From positions 484,555 to 548,554 of the forward strand of contig JACKCC010000007.1 of assembly GCA_020634245.1 (NCBI GenBank): a DNA stretch of 64,000 bases. The letters run 5' to 3'. The position numbers and the translations under genes are program-made. This stretch comes from Ardenticatenaceae bacterium. Lineage in GTDB: Bacteria > Chloroflexota > Anaerolineae > Promineifilales > Promineifilaceae. Positions 46,212-58,167 of the stretch are shown here, piece by piece. Position 1 is the first letter of the stretch. Each line of letters begins with the position of its first letter. The notes under the pieces were generated by a model. That model saw only the letters and a program-made list of their open reading frames with translations. It ran no database searches and had not been told where the DNA came from.

Positions 46212-47177
46212 CTACAAAAGCTGGCGCAAGAATTGGAAGACGCGGTCGCTGTGTTCGGCCGGAGTCTCATGTTCGTAATCGGGGTAAACCAGCATTGATT
46301 TGGCCGATGTGATTTTGTTGTAGGCAGCGAATTGGGTGGACGGCGGGCAAATGGTGTCCATGAGGCAAGTCGTCATCAAAACTTCGGCTCGAATGCGTGG
46401 AGCGAGATGCTGGACGTCGATGTAGCCTAACCGTTCGAACACGGCCGTTTCCCGTTCGTGTGCCGGGTCAAAACGGCGAAAATAATCACGCAGTTCGGCA
46501 TATGCCTTTTCAGCCAGGTCCATTTCCCAGACACGCTGATAGTCGCTGAGGAAGGGGAAGGTAGGTGCGGCCAGTCGGATGCGCGGCTCCAAAGCGGCGC
46601 AGGCCAGGGTCAGGCCGCCGCCCTGGCTGCCCCCGGTGGCCCCAACTCGGTTGGCATCCACTTCTGGCATAGCCATGACGATGCCGGCCAGTTGGGCGGT
46701 ATCCAGGAAAATCTGGCGGAAGAGCATTTGCTGCGGTGGGCCGTCCAACCCGCGAATGATGTGGCCGTGCAGCGTGTTGCCAATCACGCCGCCCACATCT
46801 TCCGACAGACCGCCCTGGCCACGGCAGTCGAGTGCGGCCACGACAAAACCTTCGGCTACGTAGCCCAATTTGTCGGTCCAACTGCCGGAATCCATGCTGT
46901 AGCCGTGAAACATCAAAACGGCCGGGCAGGGCGCGGCAATTTGCTTGGGGCGGAGCAGCTTAGCATAAACTCTGGCTCCACCTATACCGGTAAAGGTGAG
47001 GTGGAAACAGTCGGCTACGGCCGTTTCAAATTCAGCTGGAACCAATTCAACTTGCGGATCAACGGCCTGCATCTCGACCAGCGCTTCCTGCCAGAAATCG
47101 TCAAAATTGACCGGGCGCGGGTTACGGCCGTTATAGGTTTCTAATTGTTCGCGGGGCAGATCAAAGGTTAAAGGCAT
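46212..47177 (-). CDS. Acetylxylan esterase / cephalosporin-C deacetylase (CE7)
   Basis: CE7 N-terminal region. GGSQGG nucleophile elbow. Confidence 0.75.
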   Translation of the reverse strand: MPLTFDLPREQLETYNGRNPRPVNFDDFWQEALVEMQAVDPQVELVPAEFETAVADCFHLTFTGIGGARVYAKLLRPKQIAAPCPAVLMFHGYSMDSGSWTDKLGYVAEGFVVAALDCRGQGGLSEDVGGVIGNTLHGHIIRGLDGPPQQMLFRQIFLDTAQLAGIVMAMPEVDANRVGATGGSQGGGLTLACAALEPRIRLAAPTFPFLSDYQRVWEMDLAEKAYAELRDYFRRFDPAHERETAVFERLGYIDVQHLAPRIRAEVLMTTCLMDTICPPSTQFAAYNKITSAKSMLVYPDYEHETPAEHSDRVFQFLRQLL

Positions 47178-47290
47178 GGATTCCTCCGTTTAGGTTGCCG
47201 GTGATGGCCCGGTGAAGACACCGGCCACAGCCGTATAGTTTCGTTTTTATGAATCAAGTGTGGAAATTAAACGGCCGTTTTCTGCATCCG

Positions 47291-47566
47291 TCAACCAAAT
47301 CGCTTTTGATTACGGGCGCGGGCTTTAGCCGCTTCTTCTTCGCGGCTGCGCGGGGCAGTATTAGTTGTCAACGACTCCAGTAAGGTTTGGGTAGCGCGGG
47401 CGATTTCTTGCACGGCCGTATCAAATGCTGCCTGATTGACCTGTGACGGCCGTGTAAACCCGCTCACCTTGCGCACATACTGTAAAGCCGCACCTGTGAT
47501 CTCTTCTTCGCTGGCAGGCGGGTCAAAATTGAATAACGGTTTGATATTGCGACACATAATTTTCAC
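47291..47566 (-). CDS. Hypothetical small protein (DUF2277-like)
   Basis: MCRNIKPLFNFDPPASEEEI.... The start is uncertain. Confidence 0.45.
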   Translation of the reverse strand: MKIMCRNIKPLFNFDPPASEEEITGAALQYVRKVSGFTRPSQVNQAAFDTAVQEIARATQTLLESLTTNTAPRSREEEAAKARARNQKRFG

Positions 47567-47973
47567 TTGTCTAGTCAGTCAATCAGCAGACAGCCATCTG
47601 CTGAAAAGCTGAACAACGTTCCCTAATCGTCTTCATTGCGTTAGCTTTGCGCACGGTAATATAATGAAGTTTAACTTAAACTAAAAGGAATGACGAAGGT
47701 AGCAGCCGCTTTTTCCAGCAAGAATAATCATCGCAAAATGCTTTAAGCCACTGCACCATTCAAGACTAAAAACAACAAGGATTCTCTGATAAATTCTGGG
47801 GTAGGGGCGCGTCCTTGTGCCCGCCCAATCAGGGGCGACCATAAGGACGTGCCCTACAATTACACAAAACCTCAGAGAACCACAACAAGTAGGGCATAAG
47901 TAAACGAGAATCATCAATCATCAACCATTTTCTACCTTCTGCCCTCTGATTCTTGCCTTTTTCAGGAGTACCC

Positions 47974-50748
47974 ATGCGTAACGATCCGCCCACCCGTCCT
48001 AATTTACCTGTTGTGAATGTTCCCAGCCCGCGTCGGCGTGGCTGCCGTGGCTGCTTGAGCCGGGCCTTCATCATCGGCATTATTTTGCTGGCGCTGGCCG
48101 TTTTTGCCGGCGTCATCGCCGTCGGCACTATTATTTATGTCAATTTTTCGCGGGAAATTGAAGACGGGATTGCCAAGCTGGACACTGCCCGCGACCGGGA
48201 AACCTTCGAGACGACGCAAATTTTTGACCGCAACGGCGAACTTCTGTGGGAAATATTCGGTGAAGGCAACCGGACGCAAATTCCGCTGAGCCAGATACCG
48301 CAAGATTTAATCGATGCCACAATTTCTGTCGAAGACGACACATTTTATGAGAACATTGGCCTGGATGCGCCGTCGTTAATTGCCGCGATTATCGCCAATT
48401 TTCGCAATCCCGAAGGACGGCCGATTGGGGGCAGTACCATTACGCAGCAAGTAGTTAAACACATCGCTTTTGATTATGAAGAGCGCACGGCCGTTTCCTA
48501 CGATCGCAAAACAAAAGAGATGGTCCTGGCCTGGATCATGAACCGCAAATATAGCAAAGACGAAATCCTGGAGATGTACCTCAACGAAATTTACTACGGC
48601 AACCTGGCCTATGGGATTGAGGCCGCGGCCCAGACCTACTTTGGCAAACCGGCGGCCCAATTGGATTTGGCCGAAGCCAGCCTGTTAGCCGCCCTGCCGC
48701 AAAGCCCGGTTGATTTGGACCCGCTGACCAATTTGGAAGGGGCCAAAGAACGGCAGTGGCTGGTGCTGAATTTGATGGTCAGCGAAGGCTACGCCACCGA
48801 AGACGAGATTTATGCCGCTTTCCAGGAGGCGTTCAACTTTGCCCAGCAGGAAGTCAGCCTGGCCGCACCCCATTTTGCCGTGTACGTGCGCCAGCAGTTG
48901 GAAGAGCAGTTTGGCGCCGACGTGGTGGCCAATGGCGGCCTGCGCGTGACGACAACGCTGGATTTGCGCTATCAAAAATTGGCCGAGGAATATGCCCGGC
49001 AGCACGTTGCCGCTGTCGGCCCGGAGCACAATCTGACCAACGCCTCGCTGGTGGCGTTGAAACCGGTCACGGGCGAGATTCTGGCCATGCTGGGCAGTGT
49101 TGATTACCATGATGATGCCATTGACGGCCGTGTCAACATCGCGCTATCCCTTCAGCAGCCGGGCAGTTCCATCAAGCCGTTGACCTACGCCGCCGTCCTG
49201 TCACCGGACGAGAACGGCATCCCGGCCTGGACAGCCGCCGACATTTTGTGGGACGTGGAAGTGGACTATCCCCAGTTTGATGGCAGCACCTACTCACCGG
49301 TGAATTATGACGGCCGTTTCCACGGTCCGGTGCGGCTGCGCGATGCGTTGGCCAACAGCTATAACATTCCGGCGGTGCTGGCCTTACAGGATTTGGGCGT
49401 GCCCAAGATGCTGGAATTCGCCCGGCAGATGGGCATCACCACCTGGCAGGGCGACTCCAGCCAGTACGGGCTGTCGCTGACGTTGGGCGGCGGTGAAGTC
49501 GCGCCACTGGATATGGCCACCGCTTATGGCGTCTTTGCCAACGGCGGCCAACTAGTCGAGCCGCTCTCTATCCTGCGTGTGGAAAAAAGCAACGGCGATG
49601 TTTTATTTGAAGCCCAACCGCAGGGTGTGCCCGTGCTCGACCCGCGAGTGGCCTACCTCATCAGCGATATTTTGGACGACGACAACGCACGCGTCCCGGC
49701 CATGGGGCGCGACAATCCGCTGGCGCTGCCGTTCCCGGCGGCGGCCAAAACGGGCACAACCAACGATTTCCGCGACAACTGGACGATTGGTTACACGCCA
49801 GGGCTGGTCGTCGCCGTCTGGACGGGCAACACCGACAACAGCGAGATGATCAACATCAGCGGGCTGACCGGGGCGGCTCCTCTCTGGTCGGATTATATGC
49901 AGGCGATTTATGGCAATTATGATTTGCTGGATGTCCTGAACGTCAACGGCGTGGTTCCGGTCACCGAATTTGTGCCGCCGGATGGGTTGGAGAAACGGCC
50001 GTTATGCAGCATCGCCTCGGTCACAGTTGGGGCAGCGGATTGTACCTTTAGTGGTGAAGAGTGGTTTTTGACGGAACCGGCAGCAGCCGCGCCTACCCCC
50101 ACCCCCGATCCGGAATTTGTCCAGTGGGAAGAGGTGGAAACGGCCGTGCTGCGCATCCCCGCCGTCCCCTTACCGCCCGTTCCGCTGGAAGTGCTGGATG
50201 CTGAACCCGATGAAGACGCGCCGCCGCCGCAGTTGTTCTGCGAATTTGCCGAGGGAACCGAGCTGGCCCTGCTGCCGCCCGATGCCCTGCCCCAGGTCTT
50301 CCTCACGCCGCCGCGCAACCCGGAGAGCCTGAAAGCGGCCCATGAATGGGCACAGGCTAACAATATCGCCATCCTGCCCACAGCGGCCTGCAACGAAGAA
50401 CTGCTGGCGTTAGCCCGCGACCCTAATACACCGGCTATCTGGCGCATCACCAGCCCCAAAGAGGGTGACACAGTCAGCGGTGTCCTGCCTATCGAGGGTA
50501 CGGCCGATTTTGACCCGGCCGTTGTTCAGTTTTACAAAATTGAGCTGGGTATCCCCGATGGCGGCAACGTCAACTGGGTGACGCTGGGCGAAATTCATAA
50601 CACGCCGGTAGTCAATGGCACGCTGGAAATCCTGCACGCCGATGCCCTGCCGCCAGGCGATTACTTCCTACGCCTCATCGTTGTCAAGGACAGCAATTAC
50701 GTCGGCGAACCGCACACGATTCAGGTTGCGATTGAACCATCGAGCTAA
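47974..50748 (+). CDS. Class A penicillin-binding protein (GT51 transglycosylase plus transpeptidase) with a long C-terminal extension
   Basis: An N-terminal TM helix, the GT51 signature region ([27 protein letters not shown]) and a transpeptidase active-site tetrad in SSIKP. Confidence 0.8.
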   Translation: MRNDPPTRPNLPVVNVPSPRRRGCRGCLSRAFIIGIILLALAVFAGVIAVGTIIYVNFSREIEDGIAKLDTARDRETFETTQIFDRNGELLWEIFGEGNRTQIPLSQIPQDLIDATISVEDDTFYENIGLDAPSLIAAIIANFRNPEGRPIGGSTITQQVVKHIAFDYEERTAVSYDRKTKEMVLAWIMNRKYSKDEILEMYLNEIYYGNLAYGIEAAAQTYFGKPAAQLDLAEASLLAALPQSPVDLDPLTNLEGAKERQWLVLNLMVSEGYATEDEIYAAFQEAFNFAQQEVSLAAPHFAVYVRQQLEEQFGADVVANGGLRVTTTLDLRYQKLAEEYARQHVAAVGPEHNLTNASLVALKPVTGEILAMLGSVDYHDDAIDGRVNIALSLQQPGSSIKPLTYAAVLSPDENGIPAWTAADILWDVEVDYPQFDGSTYSPVNYDGRFHGPVRLRDALANSYNIPAVLALQDLGVPKMLEFARQMGITTWQGDSSQYGLSLTLGGGEVAPLDMATAYGVFANGGQLVEPLSILRVEKSNGDVLFEAQPQGVPVLDPRVAYLISDILDDDNARVPAMGRDNPLALPFPAAAKTGTTNDFRDNWTIGYTPGLVVAVWTGNTDNSEMINISGLTGAAPLWSDYMQAIYGNYDLLDVLNVNGVVPVTEFVPPDGLEKRPLCSIASVTVGAADCTFSGEEWFLTEPAAAAPTPTPDPEFVQWEEVETAVLRIPAVPLPPVPLEVLDAEPDEDAPPPQLFCEFAEGTELALLPPDALPQVFLTPPRNPESLKAAHEWAQANNIAILPTAACNEELLALARDPNTPAIWRITSPKEGDTVSGVLPIEGTADFDPAVVQFYKIELGIPDGGNVNWVTLGEIHNTPVVNGTLEILHADALPPGDYFLRLIVVKDSNYVGEPHTIQVAIEPSS

Positions 50749-53099
50749 TCGTCGAAGAGGGTGGCTTCGGTAACGGCCGTTACCGAAGCATCAGACTGGC
50801 CAGCCGGTAAATGGACGGTGAAGCAGGAACCTTCACCGGGCTGACTGATAACGGTAATTTTGCCGCCCATCATCTGGCAAAAACGCTGGCTGATAGCCAA
50901 CCCTAACCCCGTGCCGCCATAATTGCGTGCCGTAGAAGAATCAGCTTGCATAAACGGCTGGAACAAATTCTCGGCCTGTGATGGTGTCATGCCAATGCCG
51001 TCATCACAGACCTCAAAATATAGCCAATCAGTTTTATCGGCACTGGTTTCCCGGTTCACAGACAATGTGATGTGCCCATCGTGGGTAAATTTGATGGCAT
51101 TGCTGAGCAAATTCATGATAATTTGCCGCAGTTTGGCCTGATCGACCGTGATGCGGCCCAAATTCTGAGCCAAATTCAAACTTAATTGATTGCTGCTATT
51201 TTTAATGAGCGGATCAACTGTGATTAACACATTGTCAATCAATTCCCGGATATTAACCGTCTCCAAATACAATTCTGTCCGGCCGGCTTCAATCTTGGAC
51301 ATATCCAGTACATCGTTGATAACGCCCAAAAGATGATGGGCCGACACCTCGATTTTCTCCAGCCGGTTAATCAAAGTGTCCCGGTCTAGATCGGGCGATT
51401 CTTCGCGCAGCAGCTCACTATAGCCGATGATGGCGGTGAGCGGCGTACGCAGTTCGTGGCTCATGTTTGCCAGAAAGGCACTTTTGGTCTGGCTGGCTGA
51501 TTCGGCCGCTTCTTTAGCGATAGATAATTCGTTGACCAGATGCTGCTCTTCATCGTACATTTGGGCGGTGCGCAGCGCCAGGGCAATCTGGTTGGCAGCA
51601 GATTGCATCAATTGCAGGTGGGTGTCCGTAAACCAGTGGGGTTCAGTGTGAGTTAAAGTCAAAATACCGACTACGCGGTCACTTTGCAAAATGGGCACGG
51701 ATAACGCGGAACGGGTTTCGTGCGGCCGATCGGGGAAATAGAGCCAGCGGTCGTCAAATCGCGCGTCGGTAATTAATGCGGCCTGACGATGGCGCATCAC
51801 CCATCCGGCCAGGCCATGAGTCATGACTTTTGTCTGGATGTTGGATTTTTGTTCAGACGAGTTGGGGTTATGGGCCAGGATACTGTTGATGATATTGGCT
51901 TGTTCATCCAAAACGAACAGGCTGCCTGCCTTTGCCTGGGTTAGCGTGGAAGCAATGTTGATGGTTCCCTGGAGGGTATCGTGCAAAAGCGGGCTTTGGG
52001 TAACGGCACGGGCGACGTCAACCAGGTTTTCGAAGAGTTGCTTTTGGTGATCGAGTTCAATTTCGGCCTGTTTGCGCTCGGTAATATCGCGGAGGAGGTA
52101 GAGACGGCCGTTCTCGATCTCCTGGTGATCATACAAAAACGACATATTGGAGGCAAAATAGCGGATTTTATCCGCTTCAACCAGTCGGATTTCGGCCTTT
52201 CCCTGATTTTGCTTGTATTGCTGGTTTAGCGGCAATAATGACCCGGCAAAAATTTCATCGACAGTCTGCCCAACCATACTTTTGGGTGAAAGGTGCAGCA
52301 GATCGCGGGCAGCCGGGTTCAAATCGACCAGTCTGTGTTCTTTGTTGAAAACAATCATGGCGTCGGTCATGTATTCAAGGGAGACGTGCCGGGCAATGGG
52401 ACTGATTTGCAAGACGTGAACTTTTACGATTCCCCGGGCCAGGAGAACGGCCGTTATCGCAAACGTGAATGGGGTCAAATCGAGATTGGCAATAGGCAAG
52501 AGGCCGGAAACGTAGAGCAGATTACCCAGCCACGGGAATAAGGCTGCCAACATCAGGCCGCGCATTTGTTGGCGATAAGGTTCGATAACCCGGCCAAACA
52601 TGCGCATCATCAATACCGTTCCCGTCAGCAGGCAAAAGTAAGAATATGCCCAATGGAGCCAAAAGGCTATGCCGTGCCCCAGAATCAAAGCCGGAAAAGG
52701 CCCTTGGGTGTCCAGTGTGATAGTTGTCCACAACCAATCTGCTTCTGGCTCTAACCAGGTGGAAAACAAGGTGATGGCAGGGATGATCCAAAGCAGCGGC
52801 CAGAATCGATACGATTTTTGCCAGCTTCGCGTGTAACGCAGACTGAAAATCAGGTAAAAAACAGGAACGCTGACGATGGCGTAGTATTGAACCTTGGCCC
52901 AGAACAGCTTGGTAGGAATGTCTCCTCCTAACAGTTCCAGGGCATATGCCCAGCACCATATGCTGGAAGAAGCAGCAAAGAAGGCAAAGATGGCCGCGCC
53001 AGCCGCCGCACGCCGCCGCCAGGCCGGTACAACGAGCGCTCCTGAAAATATGGCGGCCAGGAATAAGGGAATAGCATAGGGGGTGTATTGCCAGTTCAT
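50745..53099 (-). CDS. Sensor histidine kinase with a multi-TM N-terminus, PAS/GAF domains, HisKA and HATPase
   Basis: H-box [14 protein letters not shown]-box [12 protein letters not shown]. It overlaps the PBP gene stop by 4 nt on the opposite strand. Confidence 0.8.
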   Translation of the reverse strand: MNWQYTPYAIPLFLAAIFSGALVVPAWRRRAAAGAAIFAFFAASSSIWCWAYALELLGGDIPTKLFWAKVQYYAIVSVPVFYLIFSLRYTRSWQKSYRFWPLLWIIPAITLFSTWLEPEADWLWTTITLDTQGPFPALILGHGIAFWLHWAYSYFCLLTGTVLMMRMFGRVIEPYRQQMRGLMLAALFPWLGNLLYVSGLLPIANLDLTPFTFAITAVLLARGIVKVHVLQISPIARHVSLEYMTDAMIVFNKEHRLVDLNPAARDLLHLSPKSMVGQTVDEIFAGSLLPLNQQYKQNQGKAEIRLVEADKIRYFASNMSFLYDHQEIENGRLYLLRDITERKQAEIELDHQKQLFENLVDVARAVTQSPLLHDTLQGTINIASTLTQAKAGSLFVLDEQANIINSILAHNPNSSEQKSNIQTKVMTHGLAGWVMRHRQAALITDARFDDRWLYFPDRPHETRSALSVPILQSDRVVGILTLTHTEPHWFTDTHLQLMQSAANQIALALRTAQMYDEEQHLVNELSIAKEAAESASQTKSAFLANMSHELRTPLTAIIGYSELLREESPDLDRDTLINRLEKIEVSAHHLLGVINDVLDMSKIEAGRTELYLETVNIRELIDNVLITVDPLIKNSSNQLSLNLAQNLGRITVDQAKLRQIIMNLLSNAIKFTHDGHITLSVNRETSADKTDWLYFEVCDDGIGMTPSQAENLFQPFMQADSSTARNYGGTGLGLAISQRFCQMMGGKITVISQPGEGSCFTVHLPAGQSDASVTAVTEATLFDD

Positions 53100-53148
53100 G
53101 ATTTTAAAGTCTTTCAGGAGTCAACGCGATGGTTTGGTTTGTAGATCA

Positions 53149-54729
53149 TTAGGCTACGGCCGTTTCCGCTAACGGCAGCGTAAAATAAAAAGTTGTTCCT
53201 TGCCGGAACTCGGATTCAAACCAAATACGGCCTCCATGCATTTCTACAATTTGTTTGGTGATACTCAATCCTAGTCCGGCACCGCGCCGTGCGCGCACTT
53301 GCTCATCACCTGACCGGAAAAACTGTGAAAAGATCATTGGTTGATCTTCTACGGCAATGCCCAGGCCGTCATCCTGCACGGCAACTTCGATGACAGATGG
53401 TTCGTGTTCTGTCCGCAATGTCGCCCATATTTGAACACGGCCGTTTTCAGGGGTGTACTTGTTGGCGTTGCTGATAAGGTTGGTAAGAACTTGCAAGAGT
53501 CGTTTATGATCGACCCATACTGGCGGCAAATTAAGCGGAATCGTAACTGTAACGGTTTGTTCTTTGGCAGTGAATTGAGGCTCAAGCAGTTGGTGGACGG
53601 CGTTTACGGCCGTTCCTATCGAAACCGCCGTCGGTTCCAGCTTCATTTTACCCGTTTCAATACGGGTAATATCATCCAATTCAATGACCAGGCCATGCAT
53701 CCGATCCGCCGCATCCTGAATAGCGTTGACAAACTGCGTCTGCTTTTCAGAGAGCGGTGTATGATTCAATTTGAGAATCAGATCGCCATATGCTTTGATA
53801 ACAGAAAGCGGTGTTTTTAATTCATGCGCCACCAGTGCCACAAAATCGCTCTTAGCCCGGTTAGCTGCTTGCGCTTGAGCGTACAAATAGGCATTGTTAA
53901 ACGCGATGGCTGCGTGATCGCGCAGTCGAGACAAAAAGCTGATATCACCCGACGTATAATTCTCCGTGCTTTCCAGCAGTAGCAATCCGCGTATCAGCCC
54001 ACTGCGTTGTATGGGAACCAGTACACGATAGGTCACTTCATTCAAAAGCCCTGTACCTGGTGCGAGCTTTTGTTTTTCAATACGACCGGTTGCCATTGCT
54101 TCATCCGCATCAATATCGGAACAAGTCAAAACTTTGTTCAGCAGATAATCTAAATTTTCGGATGCCTGTACGTGGACTTGTTTATCAATAATGGCTCCGA
54201 AAAGCCCGGCAGAAGCACCTGTTTGCTGTAATGCCCATTTCAGAATAATTTGAGCTACTTTGATCTCGTCCAGGTTGGTGTTCAGGTCTTGATCAATTTG
54301 CTGCAAAACAGCCAATTCGGCCAGGCGTGCTTTCTCCTGGTCGCGCAGACGTTTCTTTTCCAGAGAAGCCGAAATGCGCGCCCACAACAATGCCCCTTTA
54401 ATCGGTTTGAACAAATAGTCGTCCGCGCCTAACTCGATGCATTTGATGACGCTGTTCATATCGTCCAGCGCGGAAAGCACTACGACGGGGATGTGCTGCC
54501 ATGTGGGGTCTGCTTGCAGCTTTTCTAGTGTTTCGTACCCGTTCATTTCGGGCATCATGATGTCTAGAAGAATGAGGTCAACGGGAGTTTCCTGGAGGAG
54601 TTCGAGGGCGTGACGGCCGTTAACGGCCGTTTTCACTTCATAACCGCGCCGTTCCAGCCGGGCAGCCAATAATTCACGGACATCCTTGTTATCGTCAACT
54701 ACCAATACATTACTTTGCTGTGCTGTCAT
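53149..54729 (-). CDS. Hybrid response regulator-histidine kinase (REC, GAF-like, HisKA, HATPase)
   Basis: VLVVDDNKDVRELL...DLILLDIMMP is a REC domain. H-box ALVAHELKTPL. G-box GAGLGLSITKQ. Confidence 0.8.
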   Translation of the reverse strand: MTAQQSNVLVVDDNKDVRELLAARLERRGYEVKTAVNGRHALELLQETPVDLILLDIMMPEMNGYETLEKLQADPTWQHIPVVVLSALDDMNSVIKCIELGADDYLFKPIKGALLWARISASLEKKRLRDQEKARLAELAVLQQIDQDLNTNLDEIKVAQIILKWALQQTGASAGLFGAIIDKQVHVQASENLDYLLNKVLTCSDIDADEAMATGRIEKQKLAPGTGLLNEVTYRVLVPIQRSGLIRGLLLLESTENYTSGDISFLSRLRDHAAIAFNNAYLYAQAQAANRAKSDFVALVAHELKTPLSVIKAYGDLILKLNHTPLSEKQTQFVNAIQDAADRMHGLVIELDDITRIETGKMKLEPTAVSIGTAVNAVHQLLEPQFTAKEQTVTVTIPLNLPPVWVDHKRLLQVLTNLISNANKYTPENGRVQIWATLRTEHEPSVIEVAVQDDGLGIAVEDQPMIFSQFFRSGDEQVRARRGAGLGLSITKQIVEMHGGRIWFESEFRQGTTFYFTLPLAETAVA

Positions 54730-54829
54730 GTTGCTTGATGGGGACTGAACATGCTCCCCGCATCCTGATAATTGGTCTACTCTAATTGCTAACCTCAAAA
54801 GGTAAGGTTGACGAATTTGCCTCCCAACT

Positions 54830-55880
54830 TACACTCCTAAAGTTTGACACCACATCAGACAAAGGAGTATCCGATGAGAGGCTTAACAGATTATATTACA
54901 CAGGCAGCATGGAGCGATATTTTGACGGTTCAATATGTTTTGGTAGATGATTCTTATCAACAACTGGATGTCCATATTTTGCCTGAGCGCAAATTTGCAC
55001 CACAAGGGACGCCTTGCTTTAGTGATTCTGAGGTCATCACCATTGCCCTTTTGGGAGAGATGGTTTTTGCCGGTGATGAAGATAAAACACTGCACTTTAT
55101 ACGACAATATCATCTCGACATGTTTCCTCATTTGCTCGATAACTCTCGTTTCAATCGCCGTCGTCATCAGCTAGCGGGCGTCATGGAAGCGATTCGAGAG
55201 CATTTGCGAGACCGTTGGCGGGCAAAACATCCTCTAGATATCGAAACAGAAAACTTGCGTATCGTGGATAGTGCGCCCATCTCTATCTGCACCTATACTC
55301 GTGGTGGTCGTTGCCAGAGCATCCCATTAGATTGGCGAGATGAATGGTTTGGCGTTTGTACCAGCAAGAAAGCCAAGTTTTTTGGCGCGCGTTGCCACAT
55401 AACAACGACCCTAGACCAGATGATTGACACCTGGTTACTAGCTCCGGGTTCTTATGATGACCGTAAACCCATGGCCGCCTTGTTAGAAAATCGTCATGGA
55501 CTGTCCGTTATCGGCGACAAAGGCTATGTCAGTGAAGACCTCGCCCATCGTTTGTGGGAAGATGACCAACATCTACTCCTTGCTTTGAAGAAGGATAATC
55601 AAACAGAACAATGGCCTGACGGAATCCAACGAATATTGGGTTATTTGCGCCATCGGGTCGAAACAGCCTTTAGTGTGCTGGAAAACGTATTCGATTTTGA
55701 AAGTCCTAAATCCCGTTCGCTTGCTGGGTTGATTGCTCGGACAACCACGAAGATTTTGGCTTATACCATTAGCTTCTTTCTTGCCGAGATTCTCACCCCA
55801 GAGCTTAGCAATTAGAGTCTCATACTCCGCACGGTATACTATCTATTGTAAGGTTGTTATCAACTTTTCACTATGGCCTT
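54830..55880 (+). mobile_element. IS982-family insertion sequence (approximate ends)
   Basis: Single-ORF ~1 kb low-GC element between two GC-rich housekeeping genes. The inverted repeats were not identified, so the ends are approximate. Confidence 0.5.
54874..55815 (+). CDS. IS982-family DDE transposase
   Basis: AAGGAG RBS. D (VDSAPI), D (GDKGY) and E (RVETAF) motifs, typical of IS982/ISNCY-like transposases. The gene and its flanks have low GC. Confidence 0.65.
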   Translation: MRGLTDYITQAAWSDILTVQYVLVDDSYQQLDVHILPERKFAPQGTPCFSDSEVITIALLGEMVFAGDEDKTLHFIRQYHLDMFPHLLDNSRFNRRRHQLAGVMEAIREHLRDRWRAKHPLDIETENLRIVDSAPISICTYTRGGRCQSIPLDWRDEWFGVCTSKKAKFFGARCHITTTLDQMIDTWLLAPGSYDDRKPMAALLENRHGLSVIGDKGYVSEDLAHRLWEDDQHLLLALKKDNQTEQWPDGIQRILGYLRHRVETAFSVLENVFDFESPKSRSLAGLIARTTTKILAYTISFFLAEILTPELSN

Positions 55881-55992
55881 TTATTGCTAATTCGACTTAC
55901 GGAATAAGAGACACTATAAATCCAACAGCGTCACATTTCCGTCACCCCCCAAAAAGAAATGGTTCTTTGGGATTTCCTGGGGTCTTGAACTT

Positions 55993-56055
55993 GTCATGCT
56001 GAACAAAGTGAAGCATCCCAGAGGTGTTGGGATTCCTCGCTTCGCTCGGAATGAC
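55993..56055. repeat. MITE-like hairpin GTCATGCTGAACAAAGTGAAGCATCC...GGATTCCTCGCTTCGCTCGGAATGAC, copy 2
   Basis: Its 3' arm is 27/30 identical to 29672-29701. Confidence 0.5.
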
Positions 56056-56405
56056 AAAACCCCGCGAGATCCGAAAGACCCAAAGAAATCACAAGGTTCA
56101 TGTTTGATGAGAATGGTTTGTCGATGCGTTTGGGCACTGGGTCCGTTGAATGGGATTGGCCGTAAATCACTCATTTTGCGGCGTTTTTTCCAACTCGATT
56201 TGGGCGATTTTCACGAGTAACCATACCATTGCGTGATGGCGAAAAAGTTACCGTGAAATCAAATCCCATAGAACAGACCCAGTGCCTGCGTTTGTAATAT
56301 TTCTATAATAATTTTGTCAGCAAACTGTTATCAGCCGCAGGTATCATTCTATCAAGTAAAAAAATTGCTCAAGTAAAAATGACATAAATTCAGGCAGGAA
56401 AAATC

Positions 56406-57404
56406 ATGTTAATCAAAAAGCAAACCGGGATTGAAATTCCATCATCAGAAATAACGCCGGAACATATTTACCGAACCCGGCGCCAGTTTATGAAAAGTGC
56501 TGTGGCGTTGGCTGGCGGTGTCTTATTGGCGTCATGTGCTCCCAGGGCAGAAGAGACGGCTATGGAAGAGAGTACGGCCGTTCCCCCCACCACAACTCCC
56601 AAAACTGAACCGGCCACAACAACAGCCGCCCGTGCCACTGCCGACGAATTGGGCGATCCGCTCAACACCTTCGAGCAAATCACCAACTACAACAACTACT
56701 ACGAATTTACCACTGATAAAGAAGAAGTTGCTAAATTAGCTAAAGATTTCCCTACGTCACCCTGGCAAATTGAAGTAGGCGGCATGGTCAATAAGCCGCA
56801 AACATTCAGCATCGACGATTTGCGCGCCTTCGAGCAAGAAGAACGCATCTACCGGCTGCGCTGCGTCGAAGCCTGGTCTATGATCATCCCCTGGATGGGC
56901 TTCCCGCTGGCTAAACTGCTCCAAGCAGTAGAGCCAACCGCCGACGCCAAATACGTCCGCTTCGAGACCATCCTCGATCCTGATAATATGCCCGGTCAGA
57001 GAAGCCCCTGGTTCAACTGGCCCTATGTCGAAGGATTGCGCCTGGATGAAGCGATGAACGACTTAACCCTGATGGCTACCGGCTTGTACGGCAAGGAACT
57101 GATGCCCCAGAGTGGTGCGCCCCTCCGGCTGGTTGTGCCCTGGAAATACGGCTTCAAAAGCATCAAATCCATCGTTAAAATCGATTTGGTCGATAAAATG
57201 CCCGTTTCCCTGTGGATGGATTCTGCGCCCAACGAATACGGCTTTTACGCCAATGTCAATCCTGAAGTAGACCACCCTCGCTGGTCGCAGGCTACCGAAC
57301 GGCGTATTGGCGAACTCGGCCGCCGTGAAACGTTGATGTTCAACGGTTATGCTGAACAAGTCGCCTATTTGTACGATGGTATGGATTTACGGGCGAATTT
57401 CTAA
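56406..57404 (+). CDS. msrP: Protein-methionine-sulfoxide reductase catalytic subunit MsrP (YedY-like molybdoenzyme)
   Basis: TAT signal [14 protein letters not shown]. Sulfite-oxidase-family Moco domain. Confidence 0.75.
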   Translation: MLIKKQTGIEIPSSEITPEHIYRTRRQFMKSAVALAGGVLLASCAPRAEETAMEESTAVPPTTTPKTEPATTTAARATADELGDPLNTFEQITNYNNYYEFTTDKEEVAKLAKDFPTSPWQIEVGGMVNKPQTFSIDDLRAFEQEERIYRLRCVEAWSMIIPWMGFPLAKLLQAVEPTADAKYVRFETILDPDNMPGQRSPWFNWPYVEGLRLDEAMNDLTLMATGLYGKELMPQSGAPLRLVVPWKYGFKSIKSIVKIDLVDKMPVSLWMDSAPNEYGFYANVNPEVDHPRWSQATERRIGELGRRETLMFNGYAEQVAYLYDGMDLRANF

Positions 57405-58099
57405 TGAACAGCAGGAGCCAAAAGAATATGGACGTTATAATTTCGACACCTAAACGCAAAGTGAACCAGCAGCAAATCGGCCGATTGTTACGTGTTGTCA
57501 CCCACGTGGGTGCCTGGATACCGTTGGCCTTGCTGGCCTGGCAGTTCCAACAGGAGCAGCTCATTGATCCTGTACGCGATATTATTTTGCGTACAGGAAA
57601 ATTTACCCTCATTTTTCTTATGCTGTCGCTGGCAGTCACGCCGTTGAACAAGTTGTTTGGCTGGAAGCAGTTGATCCCGCTGCGACGGCCGTTAGGACTG
57701 TATGCCTTTTTATACGTCAGTTTACATCTGCTAACTTTCGTCTGGCTGGACTACGGCCTGAACTGGGCATTTATTGTGGATGGTATTTTTGAACAGCCCT
57801 ATGTCATAGTTGGATTTACCGCTTATTTGATGCTTATACCTCTGGCGGCTACCTCTACCAAATGGGCGATGCGCCGTTTAGGGAAAAATTGGAAGCGGTT
57901 ACACAGACTCGTTTATCTGATTGGCGCTTTGGGCATTCTCCATTTCTTTTGGTTGGTGAAGGCGTACCAGCGCCCCATTATGTATGGCTCGGTTATGGCG
58001 CTGCTGCTGCTGACGCGGGTAGGGCCAATATCGCGGCAGTTGGTTCGTTGGCGAAAAGGCTTGCAGAAACTCGGAAGAACCAGGCCTGCTGTTCATTAG
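57404..58099 (+). CDS. msrQ: MsrQ (YedZ-like haem-binding membrane subunit)
   Basis: Overlapping start/stop with msrP. Six TM helices with conserved His residues. Confidence 0.7.
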   Translation: MNSRSQKNMDVIISTPKRKVNQQQIGRLLRVVTHVGAWIPLALLAWQFQQEQLIDPVRDIILRTGKFTLIFLMLSLAVTPLNKLFGWKQLIPLRRPLGLYAFLYVSLHLLTFVWLDYGLNWAFIVDGIFEQPYVIVGFTAYLMLIPLAATSTKWAMRRLGKNWKRLHRLVYLIGALGILHFFWLVKAYQRPIMYGSVMALLLLTRVGPISRQLVRWRKGLQKLGRTRPAVH

Positions 58100-58117
58100 G
58101 ATTTTTACTTGAGGTGT

Positions 58118-58165
58118 GAACAAAAAAGACCGTCGTTTGGCATGAGGCGGCGGTCTTTTTTGTGG
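58118..58165. terminator. Bidirectional rho-independent terminator
   Basis: AAAAAAGACCGtCG-loop-CGgCGGTCTTTTTTG between convergent genes. Confidence 0.6.
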
Positions 58166-58167
58166 AT

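Noticed and set aside
46458-47144. 228-aa plus-strand ORF
   Set aside because: It is antisense to the CE7 acetylxylan esterase gene, which has a conserved GGSQGG nucleophile elbow.
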